DNA of 64,000 bases. It comes from Euprymna scolopes (taxonomy: Eukaryota). Position 1 is the first letter of the stretch. Each line of letters begins with the position of its first letter. Position numbers and translations under genes: made by a program. The DNA is taken from assembly GCA_053919585.1 (NCBI GenBank), contig CM132783.1. The stretch is one strand, 5' to 3'. Positions 51,844-64,000 of the stretch are shown here, piece after piece. Below the pieces are notes generated by a model. The model saw only the letters and a program-made list of their open reading frames with translations. It ran no database searches and was not told the DNA's origin.

Positions 51844-53282
51844 GAAATTAAAGATGTTTGAAGATAGATTCCTCTCCCATGTTTACGAATGAAATGAAAA
51901 TAAAATAAATTACTGTAATTTCTGTTTAAGGTATTAAACTTTTTCTTATCCAGGAGGCACCTCCAAAGAATAGTTGTTTTGTATTTCTGCAAAATTTATT
52001 CTGGGTTTACAGATAGTTGCCTAAATATAGAATCACAGTTTGAGGGAACTATTTTATAAAGAGAATTATTTAATTAATGTGTCACTGATTATTTATCTCC
52101 ACATAAATGTTAGAAGGAGATACAAAATCGGTTTTATGGGGGAAACCTGACGTCTCCAAAAGTGACAAACTGGATCTGAACTAATTTTTTTTAAAAAAGC
52201 CTCCGCCTAGAAGAATTTCCTTTGCAGTGCTCGAGGACGGAAATGATAAAGTAAAGTATCAGAACAGGTACTACACTTTGAATGATTGCTTTGCTAAAAT
52301 ACGACAATATATAGTTTCATAAATTAGACACAACGATATCGTTTTTGTTGCAATTTATTGCACAAAAAAGGAAACCTTCGCTAAAAGCAGAAATGAGTAT
52401 TTTATCGTTTTCCTTATTTAAAAATGATTAGTTAGCTTAGTTTTCGACGGCATATTTGCCTTTTAAAGATAAAAAATTGCTATTAAATAATTATTAATTA
52501 ATATTTTTTAATTTAGCAATTAATATTTTCCATAATATGATCGACAATTTACAATTGCCAATATTTAACCTATTTAAGTAAAGATTTGTAATTAATGTCC
52601 TGAAGTTTATACAAAAATATTTGGCTAAAAAATATCGTGTGGTTCAAACACGTTGGTGTGGATTTTTCCCCGGCAGCAGATTCATCAAAAGGATTCTTAT
52701 AAGAAAAGTGTATTCGTAAACTTGTATCTAAATCAATTTCCTTTCCGTGTGATATAATTTTATTAATTTATAGCATTAATAAAACCTTATCGTAGAAAGA
52801 AAATTGATTTAGCTCCAATGAATAATATCGCTATATTATTTTTATCTCGTTGAGATAAAAAAATATAATAAGCGTCACGGTATTTTATGTACTTTGTTTC
52901 AGCGCCCTATTATACTAAAACAAATTCTAGTAAAAAATCGATACTTGATTTTTTAACATAACTTTGGTATATTAACATTGTAACTTACAATGTTAATATA
53001 CATGTACCCTGCGTTTTTCACATTAAGAAAGTAATACTATGGAACAGAAAAAAAGATATTTAATGAACTCTTTCGATAAGTGGTCTATACTTGTGCGGGT
53101 TTACATTTTTGTGTTGTGGCTATTTCTTTTTAGACGCGTTAGTTATTGGAATAGGAATTGCTAATTGTATCAGAATCGGGAATTTTAAGAAAGAATCTTG
53201 AATTTTACCAGATTTAGGAAAAATTAATATCTTCCCATCCCTAATGGATATCACACGCACACACACACACACATACATACAT

Positions 53283-53313
<31 letters not shown>

Positions 53314-53508
53314 TATATATATATATATTTATATATTGAATATATATTGAGTTCGTTGGTAGTACAAAATTTATAAATGACAGTAAAGAGTTCCTCTTAA
53401 CCCGAAATATCTTTCTCCATCTTCCTCAGGCGCAACGGATGGCATTTTGATTAAAAAAAAAGAAAATAAAAGAAGGGGACGAAGTTAAAAAAATAAATAA
53501 ATGAAAAT

Positions 53509-53554
<46 letters not shown>

Positions 53555-53606
53555 CTTTATAAGTTTTATTTTTATCTATCTGTTTGTCTATCTATATATC
53601 TATCTA

Positions 53607-53661
<55 letters not shown>

Positions 53662-54629
53662 CCATGGCAGGTCAAATTAATTTTCTGAAATATGTGTTAT
53701 GATTGTGATTTTTGTAAGAAATTATAAAAACATTTATTCATTAATCCCTATATATAATAAAAAAAGTCGCAGTTTTCCCCTCTGGACCAAAATACCGTAG
53801 TTTTACAACACTCGATGCAACAAACAAATTAATATGTCTACACGTATAATTAAATAATGTGCATGTTATTTCTTCTGCCCTTCACATCAACAATATCTTG
53901 GTTAAGTTTGACACTGTTGTCCAAACTTCCAACTTCCAAGCTTCTGTATACGTAACGCATCTTCTCTCAACTGCAACCGCACTTCTGCTGATCGAACTTA
54001 CCTCTTCAAAATCCAACTTCAAAATGAACATGCTCTTTGAAAAATTAACCCTATTTTACTTCCAACCATGAGGATCTCATCTGCATGTCAGGTAGTAACA
54101 TTGCAGGCATATAAAGAGATAAGGCAGCCATTTTGTTCTTTCTTCTTGTATTTATTTCGTTCCACGATCAACCCGTTGAATTATACACACGTGCTTGTTA
54201 GGTAAGTCATGCGTTTCTCTACAACACTATTAGCCACTATCTTATGTAACTTATGTAAACGACATTATATACATCTTTAGGCGTATTAATAAAATCTTAT
54301 GTTAGTTCCACGGAGTGCCCAGATCACAATCACACCATCTTTAGAGGAGTAGTTCCTATTTTTCTCTCTATCCGTTCTGTTTTTCCACCGCTACAACTAG
54401 ACACCGGCACCATTTCTACATATTCTTACTCTGTTGGGTTATAACCGCTCTTAACTGATTATTAGGCGCATACTATAACTTTCACATATTTCTATTTATA
54501 GATAATAATTTCTCCTTTGCTGAAATCCCCACACACCCAAGACAATACACAGTTACATGAACCTGCTTCTCCTTATACCCACTCCCGTCTTCGTTACATC
54601 TACATATTTCTATTTATTTATGTATTTAC

Positions 54630-56430
54630 AATTCAATGGTCGTGTTGGGAAGGACTGAGAGGCATATGATCACGAGACTGGCAAAATTAACAGCGGTGGG
54701 TTAAGATTGTTGGAATTATTGTCTGAGCAACCCTTGACACTTCCAATACTTTCCTTCATCAGAAAGATAAGCACAAAACTACTTGGACGCATCCCAGATC
54801 CCAGCAAGGTCAGCTAATTGATTTTATTATCACTCGCACATGCGATCTTACAGATATCTCCAACGTTTGACTTGATGCGTAGGGCTGAGTGTGAGTCGAA
54901 TCATATGTTGGTTCGGAGAAAATCCAAGCTGCGTATACGCAAGGAGGTGCGCATAACAGGAGTTCGGGTTTCTAAACGCATTGATGTTGATAAGCTAAAG
55001 AATGCGAAGTTACAGACTCGTTTGAATGAGAGATTTTATGGAATCGTTTGTGATGGAATCTGGAGAAATTACGAAGAACAAGTATATTCGGCGTGTTCAA
55101 ATGTGTTAGGTTTAAAAAAGATACAATACAGATTGGTTTGATGAAAATTATCAGAAAATCAGTAACCTACTTCAAGAGAAACATTGTTTTTTATTAAAAT
55201 GTCCTTCATCAAGGAATGTCAGGGAATATATCTGTTATAAAGGACTACAAGAGACACAAAACTATTCTGCAACGAGAACTAAGGTAGATGAAAAACACAT
55301 GGTAGTCTTACATCGGAAATACAGTCTGCCTCTGACAAAAAAGACTCCAAAACAATTTTGGGACTTCTCCATCCGGTATTTAACTTCTGTTCGTCCTCGA
55401 TATTTCCTTAAAGTCAAAAGCTAACATGTTACGCATCAAGGGTCCTTCGAAAATATTGGAGCGCTGACAGGAACGCTTCCGTGGCCTCTTCTATAATCCA
55501 TCGGTTGTTGATAAGGTTGTGATTGAAAGTTTGCTCTAATTAGAGATAAAGTACTCAATGGATAACATTCCAACAATGGAGGAAGTGGATGAAGCTGTGA
55601 CACAAATCAAAACTGGAAAAGCATCAGTACACATACCGGTGGAGCTGGTAATAAGATTTACTTTACACCTCATTGTGCAGAACTGGGGTGAAACTATTCC
55701 ACAAGACTGGACTAATGGAATTCTGATGCCTCTATACAAAGATAAAGGAGAACAATCGGTCTGTGACAATGTGTGGAATTACTCTTCTTGAGTCTGTTGG
55801 TAAAGTTCTTGCACAAGTTTTACTAAATCGATTTCAGAAGGAAATCTGCCCATTGGTGGTGCCTGAAAGTCAGTTAGGCTTTGTCGATATGATATTTTCT
55901 GCTCGCCAACTACAAGAAAAATTGATTGAGCAACGAGTGTCCTTGTATCAGGTCTTTGTTGACCTAGCAAACGCGTTCGACAGAGTCTATAGTGATGCAT
56001 TATGGAGGGTGCTTCGTGATCTTGGTTGCCCGCCGACATTCATACATATGTTTATGGAATTGCATCGAGATATGAAAGTTAGAGTTGCATTCTGTGGTCA
56101 GCTTTCAGATGAAATATCTATTGACTATTGTGTAAAGCAGGGGATATTTCTGCCTCGACTCTTTTTTCTATTTATGTTTTGTTGAGGTAAGCATTTTCAA
56201 GTTGTGACGTAGGTGTCCTATTACACTTCAGAACATGTGGAAAAGTTTTAACCTTAGAAGATTCAATGTAAAATCAAACGCGTTCGAAGATCTGATCAGG
56301 GAACTTCTTTATGCAGATGATTCAGATTGTCTCGCTCGCACTGAGTATGACATGCAGGTGATTATGCACGACTTTTCAGGAGCTTGTGATGCATTCGGGC
56401 TAAAAACCAACTGGAAGAAAACTAAGTTAT
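54630..56430 (+). mobile_element. Second, older RTE family remnant
   Basis: FNGRVGK, TTWTHPRS, DMIFSARQLQEK, FVDLANAFD, ELLYADD. Confidence 0.88.
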
Positions 56431-56619
56431 CTAATCAACCCCTTAAAACATTCTCCTTGGTGTGTCTTTCTGTCATCGTACCAGTAAATCAGCTGCAGGC
56501 CTTCAAAGTCATCTGAGTTCACATAAGGATACTTAATGCAGAACATGAATCTTGAGGTGGCAATCCTTTGTGAAGATGCTGCAATCAACATATGTATTTA
56601 AAGTAAGAATGTATGTGTG

Positions 56620-57143
56620 TGTGAGGGGAAATCTCAACCTACATGATAAACGAATTTTTTATCCATAAGCATGAAATTTGGTATATAAGGTTGTCAGACA
56701 TGTGGAAAAATCTTAATCGGTTTTCATCAGGAGAAAAGAGGCTGCTAAAAGGTACAAATTGTTTTTCATGTATTACGACTGCGCATGTACAAATCATTCA
56801 CATGACAGCTCTCTTTATGTTAAGAATAAGCAAGTTTAATAACACTTTTTAAATATCGTGGCAATCTGGCCTAAAAGTTATCACACTCGACTCATTGCTT
56901 TTAATTTTTGGTTTAAATCTCAGTTCGAGTATTTTTCTTTTACTTACAAGAAGTGAATTGTTTAGAAAGAAATCATAATACTCGCATGCGCATCTCTCAG
57001 TTTCTTTCTGTCTTTTTCTACTACATTGGGTGCAATACAGAAATCAGTAGAGGATTGGCTCTAATGATAAATATGACATTTGTATAAATTAAATATCATA
57101 TTTAAGCGTAATTTACGACTGGGCTACGCCTGGCGGTCTGCTA

Positions 57144-57144
<1 letters not shown>
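56620..57144 (+). mobile_element. Non-autonomous Helitron-like element
   Basis: ctgggctacgcctgg hairpin then CTAG|T before (TA)n; similar to 1-144. Confidence 0.55.
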
Positions 57145-57191
<47 letters not shown>

Positions 57192-57854
57192 TCTAAATCG
57201 TACAAACAATGATTCATTTATCATAGAAGATTGACCGCTTGTGTCCCAGAAATTAGCATCAAGATATATCGAGTCAATGTTTTTGATATGCTAAATTTAG
57301 GTTAACTTCCTTTAAAAAAAATAAAATAAAACAAAATAACTTATTCTCTGCCAAGAAAACTGTTTTCTACTAAGAATAGTCCTGTTCGAAAAACAGGGAT
57401 GAAGTTTCCGGGATTTTAAGTGCACTCAACAGTTCTTTTACAATAGGAAAAGTTATTAAGTCATCGACAATGTCGCTTGTTTGATACTATTTAGTTTTTC
57501 ATCTTAATATTTTACTTAATGTTTTATCGGTGAGAGTGCTTAGGATTAGTTCGGTTTAAAAAAAAATAGTCGCCTATGTTTTTCCATTCTTACTGAACAG
57601 TGTGAGAATGAGACAACCGAATGGTGCAAAGCGGGCATTGAAACACACGCTCCACCCCGGAAATACTGTAGCAAATCTCACTCACCATACGTTTCAGTAC
57701 AAATTATGCAGCTGCCATTGCACAAGATTGCATGCATTTAATCGGTTTGTACATCAAAAGTCAACTAAAAACCTGCAAATAGTTATAGATGTTAGAAATG
57801 AATGTCGCAGAAGATTGGAACTCGTGATTTCTGGAGAATTTATAATAGAGTAGT

Positions 57855-58780
57855 AAAGGACAGTCAGCCATTCTTCCACTAGGCAACAACCAGAAAATCA
57901 CATGCACGACGACCGAAAAGACGCAACTGCAATTCGCCTCCAACTTTACCTTTGAGTCAACAGATAACTCCCTCCTAAATATCTCTATGCGGACTGAAGC
58001 CGCACTATATAATGTAAAAATCACCCCCTACTCATGTCCTCGATATCATAAAAAACTTAGACAACTTCAAGGCGTGTGGCTCGATCTCATCCCTGCTATA
58101 CTAATTAAGAAATTCTCAGCTGAGCTAGCTCCCGTACTTTCTAAACTCTACAACAAAGGCCTTGTGCAACCTTGCTTCTCTAATAGCAGGAAGATGGCTT
58201 CTGTAGTACCAGTCTAAGTGAATTCTAATCAAAGGATCTTAATTATCTCCCTGTCACTCCTCCTCCTTTTCGCTAAAATCTTTAAGACAATAATCAATTA
58301 AGCACTAGTCCACCACCTCACAAAAATTAATCATTTTGACAAACAGTAGTGATATAGACAATGTCGTTCTGTGCAGATATTTTAAAAGTTATCGCTGAAC
58401 ACATATACCATGCACTGAATAAGGCGAGCGAAGCCATAGATGTAGTCCTTGATATATCCAATGCCTTTGACAAAGTCTGGCACGAAGGGTTGCTAATGAA
58501 AATTAAATCGTACAATATTAATGGACGTATACTAAGCATAATCAGATCCTTCTTAGACAATAGGACCATCCAGGTTGTCATTGATGGATGTTCATCCAAA
58601 CGACATAGTATGTGTGCAGGAGTGTCTCAGGGATCGATCATTGGACTACTATAATTTCTGATATTCATTAACGACCTTCCTGATAATATTGTGGCCGAGA
58701 TGGGTATATTTGCTGATAATACACCGCTCTATAATATGCAGGGAAGAAAGACGGATGTAAAAAAAATCTAAGACGTTAGA
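57855..58780 (+). mobile_element. CR1 family B RT fragment
   Basis: LDISNAFDKVWHEGLL, GVSQGSIIG, FINDLP, IFADN. Confidence 0.88.
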
Positions 58781-58964
58781 AAATATCTCTAGATTGCATT
58801 TATAAACTTATTTTACTCACCCCCATTTTAGGGGGAGGGGAGTGATCTTGTGTATGCTTTTGTCTTATGTACCAGTTTTTTATATCCGAATATAAATCTT
58901 TTCCTTGGCGGGATTGAAACTTACTAATTCTTGGAATTCCACTAATTTCCTTCCCGTTTCGAGA

Positions 58965-59289
58965 ATTCTATCTATATAAAAGCCAAGTATGTCCAAGTAT
59001 GGAATACTGCTGCCATATCTGGGCAGGGGCTGCTGAAAACGTGGATTCCATGAACAAAGCTTCTTTCTTAGAACTGCACGCCTGTGGAACTCTGTTCCGT
59101 CTGCCTGCTTCCCACCGGACTACAACTTGGATGTGTTCAAGTCCAACGTTAACAAATTCCTAATGAACCGCCCCCTTAAGTAAACACTTCATCAAATCTC
59201 CACACTAACGTACTGTACTTGCGATAACCCTTATCCCTGAGTGGCTTCCGGACCTTGATAAGTGGTGATCATTGTGTAAAAAAAAAAAA
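58965..59289 (+). mobile_element. CR1 family A 3' fragment with internal deletion
   Basis: LYKSQVCPSMEYCCHIWAGAA joined to FHEQSFFLRTARLWNSV, 3' UTR and poly-A. Confidence 0.9.
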
Positions 59290-60189
59290 TCCTACCTGGA
59301 TCTTTCCTTTTTCACACCAATTCAAATGATTATACAAGTATTCTAGAGATGTTGTTATACTCCACAAGTACTCTCTGGATTTACGAGGTTTGTACTAAGA
59401 CTTGATGCTCCATAAGTTTTTTAACTTGTTCGATTTGAAAACAGTTGCCATATTCTTCGCTTTTCGGAATCCTAAACTTAAGACTCTACTGGAAATTGTA
59501 TAATTTTATTTTAATTTTATTTTGTTATATATTATAGTATTTTATTTTATTTTATTTTATTTATGAACTTATTTTGAACTCTTTTAACCGTTTTGTATTC
59601 CCACTTTTCTTCACTTNNNNNNNNNNNNNNNNNNNNNNNNNNNNNNNNNNNNNNNNNNNNNNNNNNNNNNNNNNNNNNNNNNNNNNNNNNNNNNNNNNNN
59701 NNNNNNNNNNNNNNNNNNNNNNNNNNNNNNNNNNNNNNNNNNNNNNNNNNNNTCATCTACTTCTTTCACTACTTTATATTCTATCTTCCCTATTTTTTCT
59801 TTCTTTTATTATTGGCTCTTTTTTAAAGATCCCCATTATTTCATAATGACCTATAATTTGTTTATACTATTACCTACATATATACTACCCTTCTGATTTT
59901 CTTTTATATATTGTACTTACATTTAACATTGCTTAATTATTATTAATTGTGCCTACTTTAAATTAGTATGCATTCATTCTCATTTCATATCCAATTTTTT
60001 TCTATACTTGCATGTTGTATCATTCTGGCCATTGTCATTTTCTTAACAACTATTTTGCTACCCACTATTTGTAGATAGATAGATAGATAGATAGAAGATA
60101 GATGATAGATCGAGACAGACATACAAAGAAAGAGAGAGAGAGAGATAGAGAAAACGGACTGTAGCAAAATCTGACACGTGACAAAAAAC

Positions 60190-61460
60190 TAAAAGAAATA
60201 GACGATGAAAGAAAAGTCTATATGCTGAAACCCGAAAGTTGTTACATTCTACTTCATTTTTCAGTTTAATGCCGGTGGCGCAGACGATCATCTTAAGGCG
60301 AGTATGAAAAGAAACACACACTTTGACCAGAATGTTCTTTTCTATAGTGATGAATTCCTCCGCTATGGGAGTCATAAGAGAATTGACTGTGCTCTGTGTA
60401 TACGTATTGATATTGGCTTGGATCATTTCCTAAAAGAACCTGTGAACGAGGTTAAAATTCAGCGAGGAGAGCGACCATGATTCCAGCAACTAGTGATAAA
60501 GAAGATGTTAATCAGTCACACCTGAGTTGTTTTGACTTTGTGTTTAGGAAGAAGGAGGAGCGTCTTGTCAATCCAAATCTTAATCACTCTCGTCAGCTTC
60601 TTCTGGTACAGGGTGGAACGATAAAATTGTTTCCTTAGAAAAGACGACATAGTTCCATTTCCGTTTGATGAAAACCGATTTTTTTGGTGTTGCAGACTAT
60701 CTACTAGTTGGCTAGTTGTGTTCGAATCCCAAGAGTGATGGGAGCTTTCTATCATGTCTAAAAGTGACACAATATTCAACAAGCGAGATTGAAGATGCAC
60801 CGCTGTACAACTCGTGCTTTCTACCGATCCAAGTTATGCAACAGCACTATTGCCAGCATCCTGAAAATGCACCGCTGTATTGCCACGAATAGCAGAAACG
60901 TGTCCAAGGTGACGGGAACAAAGTTCCAGATGCAGTTATAGTCAATGATGTGATTTCAAGTAAAGGCCGCATCATGCCACCTCACGTCTTCGAAATCCGT
61001 CTGAAAGTCAACACTAAAGTGTACTTGAATGTGTTGAAGAGTGTAGTAATCCCCTGGTGCCATCAAGTGGCCGCTGACAAACCCTGCGTGTGGCAGCAGG
61101 ACTCGGTGCTAGGCCACAAGTCCAAAAAACCCCGGGTTGGACTTTTTTCCCCTTCTCTCATTGCGCCGCTCCCTGGCCTGAACATGCTGGATAACTTCGT
61201 TTGGTCATACGAACATCACCAACATGACCTCCCACAACACCAAAGCCAGTCTGATCGAGTATTCTTCGAGCTCCCGCCAGCGCTTATGGAAAAGGCATTC
61301 TCCCAGTTCCGGACCCTTATCGAGGTCGTGATTGAGACAAAAGGTTGCTATATTGAGAATAGATGTCTGCTCTTCTACATAATCAACTCACCTGAATCTA
61401 TTTTTTCAATAAAAGCTTTTCTCACCCTTAATTTTGTTTAATTATTGTCAACTGTCGGAG
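60190..61460. mobile_element. Tc1/mariner (maT/DD37D-like) transposase remnants in opposite orientations
   Basis: Plus 60950-61441: ISSKGRIMPPHVF..WQQDS..GHKSK..LNMLDNFVW; minus about 60190-60780 has a decayed SPDLNP-like region. Confidence 0.75.
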
Positions 61461-62280
61461 TTTGCTGCAACGATTATCTCTCAAATTAAGTAAACGCACT
61501 ACTCGGTTTGTTAATAGATTCTCTGATATTAACATCGACTTTAATAGTTGGCTGTATATTTATGCATTTCGTAACCACCTAAAACAACATGCTCCACACC
61601 TATACACATTTAATACGAACGTGTGCACAAAAATAAAGCTGCCAGAGTTGAACTCGATTTGCAAACATTTGTTGTGTTAATGTTATTTATAAATAAATCA
61701 AATTACCTATTACGCACATATGTTTTAGACAATTTTATTTGCAAAAATAAACACATAAATAGATGCAATTTGTATTTTGTTGAGTCAGCAAGTTTTTGAA
61801 AGTAAAAAAAAAACTGCAGATATAACACAATATTCATATTGGAGCGAAGCTAAGAACACTTTTTCAAACGTGGGCACACATAGGATAAGAATAGGTAAGT
61901 TAATTTCCATCTTCTATAACAATACCTCACGGAGTCAATGTATTTATGTGCGTGTATAAATGTATATAATACGTGTAGCTCGTTCCAAAATTAAAGCCTT
62001 TAACTTTTTTATAATACAAATTTGAACAGCTTAAAACAAGCTTAAAACAAGCTTAAAACAAGCGACCTACTGTGCTTCAAATTTTATTTTTTATATAGTC
62101 ACCACTATTCTCTATTCACTTTTCTAGGAATTCAATGACGCATCTCTACTTTTCACGCAATGCATTGAGAGTGATTGCTTTCGTAAAATCTTACACCGCC
62201 AATATTTGCACACAGAGATGAATTTTCCAGGTCATGAATACATGAATTTCGTCATCATAAAATTCCACTTTTAAAAAGAC

Positions 62281-62340
<60 letters not shown>

Positions 62341-62444
62341 TAAAACTGGTAATTAGTAAAAAAAACTGAAGAGAGTGCTCAATACTATTGCAGAGAAAAT
62401 ATGTTTCGGACGTTGGACCATGTTTACGATCCAACATCCTTATT

Positions 62445-62515
62445 TCTGTAAGGTCTGACGAGGCTGTTGGATCGTAAACATGGTCCAACATCTGAAACAT
62501 ATGTAACCAAACAGA
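62445..62515 (+). ncRNA. Type I hammerhead ribozyme, intact core
   Basis: tctgt-aa-ggt CTGACGA ggctgttggatcgt-aaac-atggtccaacatct GAAAC atat GTA acc-aa-acaga. Confidence 0.85.
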
Positions 62516-63204
62516 TAAAACGGTAATAAGGAATAACACATATATATTTTTTATAACGTTTTTTATTGTTGCGAGTCATGTTTCATTTGATTTTTATTAT
62601 TAATTTCATTATTAATGATTTCATTATTTTTTATAGTTTATTATAGTTTATTAGAAAAATGGGGAAATATAAAGTATGGTGATTGCTGTTTTAATGAGAA
62701 ACAAATGATAATAAGCCAAACTTAATCTATAAAATAAAAACCCTGCCTGCTTCCTCTAAAGAATTTATTTAGTGTCTGTTGTTATACCTTCTCTTACACC
62801 TCATATGAAATGCTACATTCAACCCCCTCTTCCCTTTTCAACATATAGCGTTCAACCTAAAGAGAATTTAAATTAGACGAGAAAAAGTCAATACTTTAAT
62901 GAATATTTCATAAACTAAATCATTGGTATGAACGATTTAGTCTAATATTAGTATAAATTAATTGTACATTACTATAAATTTAATTATATTTATAAATTTG
63001 ATTATAAATTATTATAAATTGGTGCTTTTCAGTTTTAAATATAGATTTTCCCTTCTATTTATTTGTTTTCAATATAAACAAGTAAATTAAAATACATATT
63101 ATTCGCCTGAAAAGATCTTAGGTTTTACAACTTATATCAAAACATTGTTTCGGCAGTGTAACGTCTGTACATTTCTGTATGAATAAGAATGTGTGTGTGT
63201 GTAT

Positions 63205-63341
63205 ATATATATATAGTAATTTATAAAATATATATGGCGATTAAGCTACACTGAATATTCGGCGTTTCATCCACTTTAGGATTCGTCAGGCTTATGCGCA
63301 TAAGCCTGACGAATCCTAATCGCCATATACATTTTATAAAT

Positions 63342-63350
<9 letters not shown>
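63205..63350. mobile_element. Spacerless palindromic hammerhead element in (TA)n
   Basis: Centre tgc|gca at 63297/63298; right arm has an internal deletion. Confidence 0.8.
63242..63294 (-). ncRNA. Type I hammerhead ribozyme, intact core
   Basis: taagc CTGACGA atcc-taaagt-ggat GAAAC gccgaatattcagt GTA gctta. Confidence 0.85.
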
Positions 63351-63400
<50 letters not shown>

Positions 63401-63402
<2 letters not shown>

Positions 63403-64000
63403 ATATTGATTTAGTAAAAATTAAGGATATAGTGGTCCTGTATGTACTATATTCTCTCACTAGATGTTATTTTTGTTAGCAATACTTTTTAAATTAATTC
63501 AATTATTTATAGGAAAGTGCACTTTTACCTAAATGCGAGTTGGGAATAATTTTCCATTTGACTAAATTTTTACCTGTAAATGGGGAGCGGCATGTGTATT
63601 GCTAAAATATAATTAACCACTGACACGTGTTTCATCGTCTACGACTCATTAGAGTGGATTAATCTAGCGAGATTCGCACAGTGGTAGAGGTATAACGTGT
63701 CTTACCATGAGGTCCCAATTTCAAATCTCGCTAGATTGAGCCACTCTGATGAGTCGTAAACACCTGTCAATGGATAAGTTTATTTTAAAACCAATACATA
63801 TTCCGCTGCCCATTTTGGGTACCAAATTAGTCAAAGGGAAAATTAAATTATTTCCAACTCGCATTCAGGTAAAAAATACACTTTCGTATAAATCATTGAA
63901 TTGATTCAAAAAGTATCGCAAAAAAACCCAAATCATATCTAGTGAGATCATATAGTATATAATTATATTTTAACAACATATAATCTCACTAAAGATATAT
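63401..64000. mobile_element. Long inverted-repeat element with tRNA-like spacer and a hammerhead in each arm
   Basis: Arms 63401-63676 / 63722-64000; hammerheads 63617-63657 (-) and 63741-63773 (+). Confidence 0.8.

Noticed and set aside
63667-63735. Functional tRNA gene
   Set aside because: T-stem and anticodon stem do not pair; the apparent acceptor stem comes from the inverted repeat
1-64000. Short ORFs in the supplied track as host genes
   Set aside because: They are microsatellite or low-complexity translations, N-gap artefacts, or antisense and alternate frames of transposon ORFs; no coherent exon chain was found

Overview
AT-rich, microsatellite-dense invertebrate animal genomic DNA with four assembly gaps (N runs) and no supportable host protein-coding gene. 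The window is mostly transposon debris: many CR1-group (Zenon-like, single-ORF) LINE copies including one near full length, a near-full-length RTE plus a decayed second RTE, R4/Dong-type RLE LINE remnants, Tc1/mariner remnants, non-autonomous Helitron-like elements, MITE-like palindromes and a 5S-derived SINE-like copy. The main hidden signal is a self-cleaving ribozyme layer, folded by eye only. Several distinct type I hammerhead motifs (8156-8213, 10601-10670, 62445-62515, 63242-63294, 63617-63773) sit mostly in inverted-repeat elements whose 3' ends point outward into (TA)n tracts, next to a Penelope-like RT/GIY-YIG remnant. One of these carries a tRNA-like head directly upstream of the hammerhead (SMalpha-like architecture). 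An HDV-like ribozyme fold starts exactly at the apparent 5' end of the RTE. An unexplained, hairpin-rich alternating tandem array lies at 13.9-14.7 kb.
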